A DNA stretch of 64,000 nt from Pseudorhodobacter sp. PARRP1 (GTDB taxonomy: Bacteria > Pseudomonadota > Alphaproteobacteria > Rhodobacterales > Rhodobacteraceae), in contig NKIU01000008.1 in the NCBI GenBank assembly GCA_002256245.1, positions 53,333 to 117,332 on the forward strand. Reading direction: 5' to 3'. The position numbers were made by a program, and so were the translations under genes. Each line of letters opens with the position of its first letter. Positions within the stretch are counted from its first letter, which is position 1. This document shows positions 17,740 to 26,214 of the stretch, in pieces. The notes below the pieces were generated by a model. The model worked only from the letters and a program-made list of their open reading frames with translations, ran no database searches and was not told where the DNA came from.

Positions 17740-18578
17740 CCGCTTACTACTCCCCCCCCGGTGGGTTGCCCGCGCAAACCACGCTGATGACCGGCCGCGC
17801 GGTGTTCACCGACGCCTATGCCTTCATCCCGAAGGGCTGCTTTTCCGATATCCTCACCAGTTATCTGCCGGGCTGGCGCGGCACCAAACTGTGGCTGATC
17901 GCGCGGCCGATGTCGGGGTTTTCCGAAACCTTCAGCCAATATGTGATGGAGGTGCAGCCGGGCGGCGGCTCTGACGCCCCCGATGCCGAAACCGGGGCCG
18001 AGCATTTCCTGTTTGTCACCGGCGGCCTGATCACCCTCACCATCGACGGTGTCGGCTATGAGATGGACGCAGGCGGCTACGCCTTCATCCCGCCGGGCGC
18101 GAAATGGCAGCTTCTGGCCGAAGGCACCGAACCCGCCCGCTTCCACTGGCTCCGCAAACTGTATGAACCCGCGCCGGGCGTCGCGATCCCGCCCGCCTTC
18201 GTGATCAACGAAAAGGATGTCGCACTCAGCATGATGCCCGACACAAACGGCGTCTGGGGCACCACCCGCTTTGTCGATCCGACCGACGTGCGCTACGACG
18301 CCCATGTCAACATCGTCACCTTCCAGCCCGGCGGCGTGATCCCGTTTGAAGAAACCCATGTGATGGAGCACGGGCTTTACGTGCTGGAAGGCAAAGCGGT
18401 TTACAAACTGAACAAGGATTGGGTCGAGGTTGAGGCCGGCGATTTCATGTGGCTGCGCGCCTATTGCCCGCAAGCCTGCTACGCCGCAGGGCCGGGCCCT
18501 TTCCGCTACCTTCTCTACAAGGATGTGAACCGCCACGCCAACCTGCGCGGGCCCGGCGGCTATCGCCCGACGCGTTGA
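17736..18578 (+). CDS. allE: (S)-ureidoglycine aminohydrolase-like bicupin (AllE family)
   Basis: Bicupin with ETFSQY, ETHVMEHGLYVLEG, LRAYCPQ; ATGA-coupled to puuE. Confidence 0.85.
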   Translation: MTAYYSPPGGLPAQTTLMTGRAVFTDAYAFIPKGCFSDILTSYLPGWRGTKLWLIARPMSGFSETFSQYVMEVQPGGGSDAPDAETGAEHFLFVTGGLITLTIDGVGYEMDAGGYAFIPPGAKWQLLAEGTEPARFHWLRKLYEPAPGVAIPPAFVINEKDVALSMMPDTNGVWGTTRFVDPTDVRYDAHVNIVTFQPGGVIPFEETHVMEHGLYVLEGKAVYKLNKDWVEVEAGDFMWLRAYCPQACYAAGPGPFRYLLYKDVNRHANLRGPGGYRPTR

Positions 18579-18599
18579 AGCAAATTTGACTAAAATTTG

Positions 18600-18654
18600 T
18601 TTCATCCGTTTCTAAATATCCCACGGGGAGCGCGAGGGGTGTGAAACCCCTCGC
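18600..18654 (+). repeat. TCATC-N8-9-AAATATCC dispersed repeat, copy b
   Basis: tttcatccgtttctaaatatcccacggggagcgcgagggg-tgtgaaa-cccctcgc, ending in a GC hairpin. Confidence 0.7.
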
Positions 18655-18678
18655 TTCGCCGCAAGCCCAAGGCGCACC

Positions 18679-19167
18679 ATGCAGACGATCCACCCCGAAC
18701 CCCTCACCGCCGCCGCCTTCGCCGCGTTCGGCGATGTGCTGGACGCCACAGGCGATTTCCGCCTGATCAATGACGGCATGTGCCAACGCCACCACGACCG
18801 CGCCCGCCTCGATTTCGCGCCCGAGGTCAGCCCCGACAACCGCGCAGGCCTGTCGATCTTTAACGCCGTCCCGCGCGGGCTTCCCTACAGCTTTGATCTG
18901 ATCGAGCGTCACCCCGAAGGCAGCCAGGCCTTTATCCCGATGACCCAGCATCCGTTTCTGGTGATTGTGGCTGCCAGCCCCAATGACAAACCCCGCGCCT
19001 TCCTGACCAATGGCGCGCAAGCGATCAACCTGCACCGCGGTATCTGGCACGGCGTACTTACCCCACTGCACGCCCCCGGCCTGTTCGCCGTGGTGGACCG
19101 TATCGGCCCATCAGCCAACCTTGAAGAACACCGCTATCTGCAACCCTGGACAGTCACGCCCGCGTAG
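18679..19167 (+). CDS. allA: Ureidoglycolate lyase
   Basis: EPLTAAAFAAFGDV, ERHPEGSQAFIP, INLHRGIWH motifs; purine cluster context. Confidence 0.9.
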   Translation: MQTIHPEPLTAAAFAAFGDVLDATGDFRLINDGMCQRHHDRARLDFAPEVSPDNRAGLSIFNAVPRGLPYSFDLIERHPEGSQAFIPMTQHPFLVIVAASPNDKPRAFLTNGAQAINLHRGIWHGVLTPLHAPGLFAVVDRIGPSANLEEHRYLQPWTVTPA

Positions 19168-19187
19168 GGTGCGTGCTCGCACGCACC
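19164..19187 (+). repeat. GTAG-family REP (single)
   Basis: GTAG-GGTGCGTG-ctcg-CACGCACC; same arms as the REP doublet at 47974-48034. Confidence 0.7.
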
Positions 19188-19270
19188 GCGCACCCCCCCG
19201 CCTCATGTTCCCCGCCGCCCCGGATGTGATCGGGGGCCTCATGCCAGTTCAGCAGATAACAGCACGCCGC

Positions 19271-19741
19271 CTAATCCCCCTCAAACCGCCGCGTGAACCG
19301 CTCCCCGTTGAACGTGTGGGTGCAGCAGGCGCAAAACGGCATCATGTCATCCACCGTCAAATCGGGTGCGACCTTTTCCAACTGGTTCGCTGCATTGACC
19401 CGCAAGCCACTGAAATAGCTGCTTTCACCGCAGCGTATGTAATCCTGCTCGTCCTCTTTGCGCAAAGCCACCATCTCGAAAATCGGATCGGGCCGGTCCA
19501 GCCGCGCCACGGCTTCGGCATGAACCGCATCCCAATCCTGCCCGACTTTCGACAGTAAAAACCGATAAAGCGGCGTGTAATCCAGCCCATGCCGATGCCC
19601 CGGATGCATCGAGCCACGAACAGCCTCGCTGGTCTTGGTGGCTTTGGTATTGCGCGCCCACCGCGCTTCGCCGCCGCCGTGATGCACGCCATGCGTCCGG
19701 GTGTTCACGCGGCGATACAAAGGCTCCTTCTGCCCCCTCAT
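19271..19741 (-). CDS. Hypothetical protein
   Basis: 156-aa ORF 3 nt downstream of the GNAT stop; natural-looking sequence with LDYTPLYRFLLSKVG and CACCTHTFNG; no family recognised. Confidence 0.6.
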   Translation of the reverse strand: MRGQKEPLYRRVNTRTHGVHHGGGEARWARNTKATKTSEAVRGSMHPGHRHGLDYTPLYRFLLSKVGQDWDAVHAEAVARLDRPDPIFEMVALRKEDEQDYIRCGESSYFSGLRVNAANQLEKVAPDLTVDDMMPFCACCTHTFNGERFTRRFEGD

Positions 19742-19744
19742 TGC

Positions 19745-20182
19745 CTAAAGCTTGATATCATAAGTCACCCATTTCGCCTTCTCGGCCACCCGATCATACA
19801 GGCCCCGGGCGCGGTAGTTGTCCTCGGCGGTGATCCAGCGGATCAGCGTCCAGCCCCGCGCGCGGCCCATATCGGCCACGCCCTGCACCAAAGCCTCTGC
19901 CGCACCCGTGCCCCGCGCATCCGGCCCCACGAACAGATCATCCAGAAACCCGCCCACACTTGCCGACAAGGGCCGCGCGAAGGCACGGTAATGCGCAAGG
20001 CCCACCACCACGCCGTCAACTTCGGCCACAAGGCCCTCGGTGCCATGGCCTGCGTCCATCAGCCAGCCCCAGACGGTCGCCCGCATCGCATCGGTCTGCG
20101 CCACACCGTAAAACGCCGCATAGCCTGCGTAAAGCGCGGCCCAGGCCGCCCGATCTTTCGCCTCCACAGCCCGCACAATCAT
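19745..20182 (-). CDS. GNAT family N-acetyltransferase
   Basis: FLDDLFVGPDARGTGAA (motif A), NYRARGLYDR (motif B). Confidence 0.88.
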   Translation of the reverse strand: MIVRAVEAKDRAAWAALYAGYAAFYGVAQTDAMRATVWGWLMDAGHGTEGLVAEVDGVVVGLAHYRAFARPLSASVGGFLDDLFVGPDARGTGAAEALVQGVADMGRARGWTLIRWITAEDNYRARGLYDRVAEKAKWVTYDIKL

Positions 20183-20250
20183 CGTGTTTCTCCCCATCCC
20201 ATGTCGCCGGAAGCCTAGCCAACTTGGCGCATCCCCGCTAGCCTTTGGCC

Positions 20251-21135
20251 ATGAAATTGCTCAGCTATAACATCCAATACGGCTTTGGCGCAGACGGCCA
20301 GTATGATCTGTCCCGCGCCGCACGCGTCATCGACGGCGCTGATATCATCGCGCTGCAAGAGGTTGAACGCCACTGGTCGCGCAGCGGGCATGACGACCAG
20401 CCCGCCCTGCTGGAAGCGATGCTGCCGCAGTATTACACCGCCTATGGGCCTGCGTTTGACATGGACGCGTCAACCACCGACGGTGCCCGCGTGATCAACC
20501 GCCGCCGCCAGTTCGGCACGATGATCCTGTCGCGCTGGCCGATCGTCTGGACCCGGCTGCACCTGTTGCCAATGCGGCGGATGATCACGCCCTTGAACAC
20601 CCAGAACCCCGCGCTTGAGGCGCTGATCATAACCCCGCTTGGCCCGATCCGGGTGCTGTCCGTTCACCTTGCCCATGTCGGGGTCGAAGAACGCCTAAGC
20701 CAGATCGACCACCTGCTGCATCTGCATGCCAAGGTGCCGCACACTGGCGGGCCGTGGAGTGGCTGCGATGACGAGCCATCGCGCAACTGGACGCAAAGCC
20801 AACCCGAACCGCCCGCGCCACAAACCGCGATCTGGATGGGCGATTTCAACAGCGAACCGGGAAGCGTTGAGCACGCCCGCATCACCGGCCAGTCGCCCTA
20901 CCACCCCGGCGCTGTCTATGCGGGCGGCCTTGTGAACGCGGTGGCGCATCTGGGCCAAACCCTTCACACGCATGAGAAAATCATCGCCGGAAACACCCGC
21001 CTGCGCCAGTTGGACCACTGCTTTGTCACCGGCGATCTTGTGCCGCATCTGCGCCGGGCCTGGACGGATAACACCGAAATCGCCTCGGATCATCATCCGC
21101 TGTGGGTGGAGATGGAGGCGGCCAAGCCGAGTTAA
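20251..21135 (+). CDS. Endonuclease/exonuclease/phosphatase (EEP) family protein
   Basis: LLSYNIQ, ALQEVE, MGDFN, LDHCF, SDHHP motifs. Confidence 0.88.
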   Translation: MKLLSYNIQYGFGADGQYDLSRAARVIDGADIIALQEVERHWSRSGHDDQPALLEAMLPQYYTAYGPAFDMDASTTDGARVINRRRQFGTMILSRWPIVWTRLHLLPMRRMITPLNTQNPALEALIITPLGPIRVLSVHLAHVGVEERLSQIDHLLHLHAKVPHTGGPWSGCDDEPSRNWTQSQPEPPAPQTAIWMGDFNSEPGSVEHARITGQSPYHPGAVYAGGLVNAVAHLGQTLHTHEKIIAGNTRLRQLDHCFVTGDLVPHLRRAWTDNTEIASDHHPLWVEMEAAKPS

Positions 21136-21157
21136 AACGCTCTGGGAGAGCGTTTTT
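21134..21157. terminator. Intrinsic terminator-like hairpin
   Basis: aaaacgctct-ggg-agagcgtttt(t) at the EEP stop, between convergent genes. Confidence 0.65.
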
Positions 21158-21222
21158 CGGCTTGTTGCGCAAAGGCGGCACGCCGTCGCGCAAGGGGCGT
21201 CGTGCCACAAACCGACGTTTCA

Positions 21223-21316
21223 GAAATCGGGGCGCGCCTGACTGGGCGGGCGCGGTAACGCGCCTGCCGGGGGCAGGCAGGCGCGGCCCGATTTGGCGCG
21301 GGCCAAATCGGGCAAG
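21223..21316 (+). repeat. ~94-bp structured dispersed repeat, copy 1
   Basis: Near-identical to the reverse complement of 33957-34051; differences fall mainly in hairpin loops. Confidence 0.85.
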
Positions 21317-21320
21317 TGGC

Positions 21321-22640
21321 CTAAAGTCGCGCCAAAACCCCCTCAAACGCCGCGATGAAATGATCGACATTGGCCTTCGAGAACATCAACGGCGGCCTGA
21401 TCTTCAGCACATTCGAGCGTGGCCCGGTGGCCGAGATCAGCACCCGCGCCTCGCGCAACCCATTGACAATCCGCGCGCAACTCGCGGCATCTGCCTCCAG
21501 CGGCCCGCCCGCGACAATCTCTTGCCCCAGAAACAACCCCGCCGCCCGCAACGGCCCAAGGCAATCAAACCGCCCCGCCAGCCCCCGCAGGCTATCGGCG
21601 AAATACCCGCCCACCACGCGGGCGTTTTCCTGCAAGCCTTCGGATTGAACCACCTCCAGCACCGCCATCGCCGTCGCCGCCGCCACCGCATTGCCGCCGA
21701 ACGTGTTGAAATAGCGCGCTTTTGCGCCAAAGGCCGCGATCACCCCCGGCTGCATCACCAGCCCCGCCACCGGATAGCCATTGCCCATCGGCTTGCCCAG
21801 ACTGACCATATCGGGCACCAGCCCATGCCGCTGAAAGCCCCACATCGTGTCGCCACACCGCCCGAACCCCGGCTGCACCTCATCGGCGATGAACACGCCC
21901 CCCGCCGCCCGGATCGCCGCCACCGCAGGTGCGAGAAACCCCGCAGGCCCCTCAAACACCCCATCGGATGAGAAGATCGTATCGACGATCAGCCCCGCAG
22001 GCTTGATGCCATGCCGCAGCATGTCGTCAATCGCCGCCTGCACTTCGGCGGCGAATGCAGCCCCCAGATCGCCCGCCATTCGCAACGGATCGGGGGCCTT
22101 CACGGTGCGCACATGCTCGCCCAGAGCCACGCCCTCACCCAAACTCGGCGACATCCCCGCAATCGCGTAAGTGACCCCATGATAAGCGTTTTCCGTCACG
22201 ATAAACCCGGTGCCGCCAGTATGGGCGCGGGCAATCCGAAACGCCAGATCATTGGCTTCCGACCCGGTGCAGGTGAACATCACATGGCTCAACGCGCCCG
22301 GAAACGTCGCCAGCAACCGCTCGGCATAATCCAGCACCGCGTCGTGCAGATAGCGCGTGTGGCTGGACAGGATCGCCGCCTGCCGCGCCGTTGCCGCCAC
22401 CACGGCGGGGTGACAATGGCCCACGCTTGCGACGTTGTTATAGGTATCCAGATAGGCATTGCCGTCGCCATCATAAAGCCAAACGCCCTCACCGCGCACC
22501 AGATGCACCGGGGTTTCATAAAACAACCGATACGCAGGCCCCATCGCGCGGGCGCGCCGCGCCACCAGCGCCTGATCCTCGGGCGAGAGTGATCCGCGCC
22601 CCGGCACATAGGCGTTCACCATGGTTCCGTCGTTTTTCAT
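21321..22640 (-). CDS. Class III PLP enzyme, 5-phosphohydroxylysine phospho-lyase/AGXT2L-like
   Basis: YLDTYNNV, GHCHP, TGSEAND, DEVQPGFGR, SLGKPMGNG, YFNTFGG; coupled to the kinase gene. Confidence 0.82.
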   Translation of the reverse strand: MKNDGTMVNAYVPGRGSLSPEDQALVARRARAMGPAYRLFYETPVHLVRGEGVWLYDGDGNAYLDTYNNVASVGHCHPAVVAATARQAAILSSHTRYLHDAVLDYAERLLATFPGALSHVMFTCTGSEANDLAFRIARAHTGGTGFIVTENAYHGVTYAIAGMSPSLGEGVALGEHVRTVKAPDPLRMAGDLGAAFAAEVQAAIDDMLRHGIKPAGLIVDTIFSSDGVFEGPAGFLAPAVAAIRAAGGVFIADEVQPGFGRCGDTMWGFQRHGLVPDMVSLGKPMGNGYPVAGLVMQPGVIAAFGAKARYFNTFGGNAVAAATAMAVLEVVQSEGLQENARVVGGYFADSLRGLAGRFDCLGPLRAAGLFLGQEIVAGGPLEADAASCARIVNGLREARVLISATGPRSNVLKIRPPLMFSKANVDHFIAAFEGVLARL

Positions 22641-23641
22641 AGGGCCTCCAAGGCGTTAAGCATGTCGCCGCGCGGCACGGCAGCCAACGCGGCCAGCCCC
22701 GCGCGGGCGGTGGCGACGTTGCGCAGGATATAGGCGGCATTGCCCGGATAAGCGCGCGCGCGGGCCGAGGCGATGGTCAGCGTGGTCAGCATCCGCGCAG
22801 CCACCAGATCGGGAAACAGCCGCGCTTCGGCAGGCGTCAGCGGCAGCACCGCATGATAGGCGCGGGCAAAGTTCAGCACACTGTCCAGCGGATGCGCGGC
22901 GTCGATGCAGTAAGACGCCGCAATCGCCGCATCGCACACCAACGGCGTATGCACCATGTCGCCAAAATCCAGCACGCCCGCAATCTCGTCGGGATTATCG
23001 GGCAAGACCAGCACGTTATGCGGGTTCAGATCGTTGTGCACCACCTGCCAGCGCAGGCTTGGCAACTGCGGTGCCAGCGCGTCAAACCGCGCCAGCGCCG
23101 CTTGCGCCAGCGCCTGCATGTCATCCGGCACCGCAGGCAACATCGGGCGCAGGGCGCTGGCCTGCTTGATATCCCATTGCAGCACGTAATCGGCGGCGGG
23201 ATGCGCGAACCCGGCCAGCCCTTGCGTCAACCGCGCCGCCATCCGGGCCATCGCGCGGGCTTGGGCGGGGGTTGCGGGCGTCAGGTGCTGCGGCGTGCCT
23301 TCCAGATAGGTCAGCAGCCGCAAGGTGCCGTGAGGGGTGGCAACCTCGGTCGCCCCCGTGCGCGTGGCGATCACCCGTGGCACCGGCAGGTCTGAGCCTT
23401 GCAGATGCAGCAGCGCCTTGGTCTGAAAATCGGTGACTTCGGGCGGCTCGGCGGGGTTGGCGAGTTTCAGCACATACGACTGCCCCGCAGCGCTGATCCG
23501 CATGTTCAGATCGCGCTCGGATGTCAGCCGCTTCAGCGCGCCTGTGACGCCGAAATGCACCTGCGCAAGCTGCAAAGCCGCATCATCGCTCAGCGTGGGC
23601 GGGGCCGAGGACAACACCTCGCCCAGGGCGGTTTTGTTCAT
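22637..23641 (-). CDS. Aminoglycoside-phosphotransferase-fold kinase, hydroxylysine kinase-like
   Basis: LTSERDLN, VLKLAN, VHNDLNPHN, VLDFGD motifs. Confidence 0.82.
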   Translation of the reverse strand: MNKTALGEVLSSAPPTLSDDAALQLAQVHFGVTGALKRLTSERDLNMRISAAGQSYVLKLANPAEPPEVTDFQTKALLHLQGSDLPVPRVIATRTGATEVATPHGTLRLLTYLEGTPQHLTPATPAQARAMARMAARLTQGLAGFAHPAADYVLQWDIKQASALRPMLPAVPDDMQALAQAALARFDALAPQLPSLRWQVVHNDLNPHNVLVLPDNPDEIAGVLDFGDMVHTPLVCDAAIAASYCIDAAHPLDSVLNFARAYHAVLPLTPAEARLFPDLVAARMLTTLTIASARARAYPGNAAYILRNVATARAGLAALAAVPRGDMLNALEAL

Positions 23642-23773
23642 GGCAGGTCCGATGCGGCAGGTCTGGTCTTGGGTGCCCGCATCAGGCCTTTCCGGGCCGG
23701 AACTGTCAAGCGCCGCGCTCCGATTTTACCGGTGTCCGCGTGGTGGGAAGCGCCGGGTGGGGCGGGGTGGTGT

Positions 23774-23848
23774 GGTTAACAATTGGTGAACGACATTTCC
23801 CAAGTGCTTGAAATCGCACGGGGCAAATCCGGTCCCCGCTTGGGACCA
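23774..23848 (+). repeat. 75-bp GTTAA...GGTCCC-N5-GGGACCA element, copy 1
   Basis: ggttaacaattggtgaacgaca...gcttgaaat...ggtccccgcttgggacca; same length and motif layout as 44028-44102 and 62723-62797. Confidence 0.7.
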
Positions 23849-23951
23849 TGGCTTCACCCCACCCCCAAGGCCCCCACTCCAAGGCCCCCAACCCCAAGAC
23901 CCTTGCCGCCGCCCCCGCTTGCACTATCCTTGCCACAATCAAGGAGCCGCC

Positions 23952-24689
23952 ATGCCCCCCATCCTTCCCGCCAGCTTTCCCCCCATCCTGATCGCCGCCC
24001 ACGGCCAGCCATCAGACCCAGCACCCGCGAGCGCCGAACTCGCCCGGCTGGCGGCCGAGGTGGCCAGCCTGCTGCCCGGCCAGATCGTGACCTCTGCCAC
24101 CCTGGCCGAATCCGAGGCACTGGCGCAAGCCATCGCGCGCCTTGGCCCCGGCGGCCTGCTGTTTCCGATGTTCATGGCCGGGGGTTGGTTCACCCGCACC
24201 CATCTGCCCGCCCGCCTGACCGCCGCAGGCGCGCAGGGCTGGCAAGTGCTGGAACCGCTCGGCTGCCTTGCCACCCTGCACGACCTTGCCGTGCAGGTGA
24301 TCGCCCAGACGCGGACAAGCCATCCCGGCCCGGTGGTTCTGGCCGCACATGGGTCATTCAAAAGCAGCGTGCCCTCGGATATCGCCCAGCACTTGGCCGA
24401 GAAAATCCGCGCAGCACTCGGCTGCGAAGTGATCGCCGCGTTCATCGACCAGACACCGCAACTGGCCGATCTGCCCCCGCTTGGGAAGGATTCGGTCTGC
24501 CTGCCCTATTTCGCAGCCAGCGGCGGCCATGTCACCACCGACATCCCCGCAGCCCTCGCCCAGGCGGGCTTCAAAGGCACCCTGCTGCCCGCCCTCGGCC
24601 TGCGCCCGGAAATCCCCGGCCTGATCGCACAAGCCCTGCGCAGCCCAAGCCCGGTTTGCACGCAAGAATGTCGCTATAAACGCGGCTGA
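23952..24689 (+). CDS. CbiX/SirB-family chelatase (two-domain)
   Basis: IAAHG...ATL...PMFMAGGWF...LP, repeated as LAAHGS...AFIDQ...PYFAASGGHV..DIP; AAGGAG RBS before ATG 23952. Confidence 0.75.
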   Translation: MPPILPASFPPILIAAHGQPSDPAPASAELARLAAEVASLLPGQIVTSATLAESEALAQAIARLGPGGLLFPMFMAGGWFTRTHLPARLTAAGAQGWQVLEPLGCLATLHDLAVQVIAQTRTSHPGPVVLAAHGSFKSSVPSDIAQHLAEKIRAALGCEVIAAFIDQTPQLADLPPLGKDSVCLPYFAASGGHVTTDIPAALAQAGFKGTLLPALGLRPEIPGLIAQALRSPSPVCTQECRYKRG

Positions 24690-24715
24690 GGCGGCCCCTT
24701 GCGCAGACCGAAGCA

Positions 24716-24800
24716 GCCTCCGGCGGGGATATTTAGGCAGAGAGGATGACCAAAACCCGTCAACTTCATCTTGGCCTAAATACTCCCGCGCGGAGCGCAG
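24716..24800. repeat. Back-to-back pair of TCATC-N8-9-AAATA repeats (copies c and d)
   Basis: ggggatatttaggcagagaggatga (minus copy, 24716-24749) and ttcatcttggcctaaatactcccg (plus copy, 24764-24800) between convergent genes. Confidence 0.65.
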
Positions 24801-24815
24801 CCGACCTGTCCGCCC

Positions 24816-26213
24816 TCAGACCGTGTGCAGGTAAAGGTCGAAATCGACCTCTGACACCGTCCGCATCACCCGGGCATATTCCGCCGCCTTGATCGCGCAG
24901 AAGGTGCGGTGCATGTCCTCGCCCAACGCCGCCTTCAGGAAATCCGACGCTTTCGCGGCCTCGATCGCCGAGCGCCAATCCACCGGGATCGGCGGCGCGT
25001 CGCTTGCATCGGTATAGCCGTTGCCGGTGGTTTCGGGGCCGGGGTCCATCCGGTGCGCAAGGCCGTGGCGGATACCGGCCAGCACGGTTGCCGCCACCAG
25101 ATAGGGCTGCGCATCGACACCCGCCGGGCGGTGCTCGATCCGCCGCGCGCGGATATCGCCTGCCGGGATGCGCAATGCGACCGAGCGGTTGTTCACCCCC
25201 CAGGTCGGGCTGACCGGCGCGTAGGAGTTTGAGGCAAACCGCCGCCATGAATTCGCGTGCGGCGCGAAGATCAGCATGGATTCGGCCATCGTGGCGCGCA
25301 ACCCGCCCAAGGCGTGCAGGATGGTGGGGTTATAATGCCCCTCGACATCCTCGATGAACACGTTGCGGCCCGCGTCATCCAGCATCGAGACGTGGAAATG
25401 CATCCCCGATCCGGCGTAATCCTCGTTCGGTTTCGCCATGAAACAGGCGGTGACACCGTGCTGGCGCGCGTGGTAGCGCACCATCCGTTTCAGCCGCAAA
25501 AGATCATCGGCGGCCTGCATCACATCCTCGCGGTAGTGCAGCGTCAGCTCATACTGCCCCGGCGCGAATTCGGAAATCAGCGTTTCCGCCTTGATCCCGG
25601 CCTTGGCGGCATCGGCATAGACATCGTTGAACAAGGGCAACATGCCGTGCAACTGATCGACCGAATAGACGTCGGTTTTGCTGTTGCGCCGCCCGTCGAG
25701 CACATCGCGCGCGGGAACCATCTTGCCATCCGGGCCGCGTTCATTTTGCAGCAGGAAAAACTCCAACTCGAACGCGCCCGCCGGATGCAGGCCTTCGGCG
25801 GCCAGCGCATCAACTTGCCGCTGCAAGGCGTGGCGTGGATCGCTGCTCATCGGGGTGCCGTCAAGGTTATAGACGCACATCAGCACCTCGCCACGCGGCG
25901 GGTTGCTGGCGTGGATCGGGCGCAGGGTGCCGGGCAGGGGCCAGGCACGGCGGTCGCCATCGCCTTCGTCCCAGATCAGCCCGGTTTCATGCACATCCTC
26001 GCCGCAGATATCCAGACCCAGGATCGAGATCGGCAGATGCCGCCCGGATTTGAACATGCCCAGCAATTCATGCCGGCGGATGATCTTGCCGCGCCCGATG
26101 CCATTGGCATCATGCAACACGATATCAAAGGCTTCGATCTCGGGGTGCGCATCAAGAAAGGCTTCGGCCTCGGCTGTGGTGGAACCGGAAGGGCTGGTCA
26201 GGGTCATGGTCAT
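24816..26213 (-). CDS. Glutamine-synthetase-like gamma-glutamyl-amine ligase (PuuA/PauA-like)
   Basis: GRGK, FELEFF, SEFAPGQYE, FMAKP, GSGMHFHVS, WGVNNRSVALRIP, IEHRP motifs. Confidence 0.85.
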   Translation of the reverse strand: MTMTLTSPSGSTTAEAEAFLDAHPEIEAFDIVLHDANGIGRGKIIRRHELLGMFKSGRHLPISILGLDICGEDVHETGLIWDEGDGDRRAWPLPGTLRPIHASNPPRGEVLMCVYNLDGTPMSSDPRHALQRQVDALAAEGLHPAGAFELEFFLLQNERGPDGKMVPARDVLDGRRNSKTDVYSVDQLHGMLPLFNDVYADAAKAGIKAETLISEFAPGQYELTLHYREDVMQAADDLLRLKRMVRYHARQHGVTACFMAKPNEDYAGSGMHFHVSMLDDAGRNVFIEDVEGHYNPTILHALGGLRATMAESMLIFAPHANSWRRFASNSYAPVSPTWGVNNRSVALRIPAGDIRARRIEHRPAGVDAQPYLVAATVLAGIRHGLAHRMDPGPETTGNGYTDASDAPPIPVDWRSAIEAAKASDFLKAALGEDMHRTFCAIKAAEYARVMRTVSEVDFDLYLHTV

Positions 26214-26214
26214 C

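Noticed and set aside
23850-23951. Cobalamin riboswitch before cbiX
   Set aside because: No B12-box-like sequence; region is a low-complexity C-rich tract.
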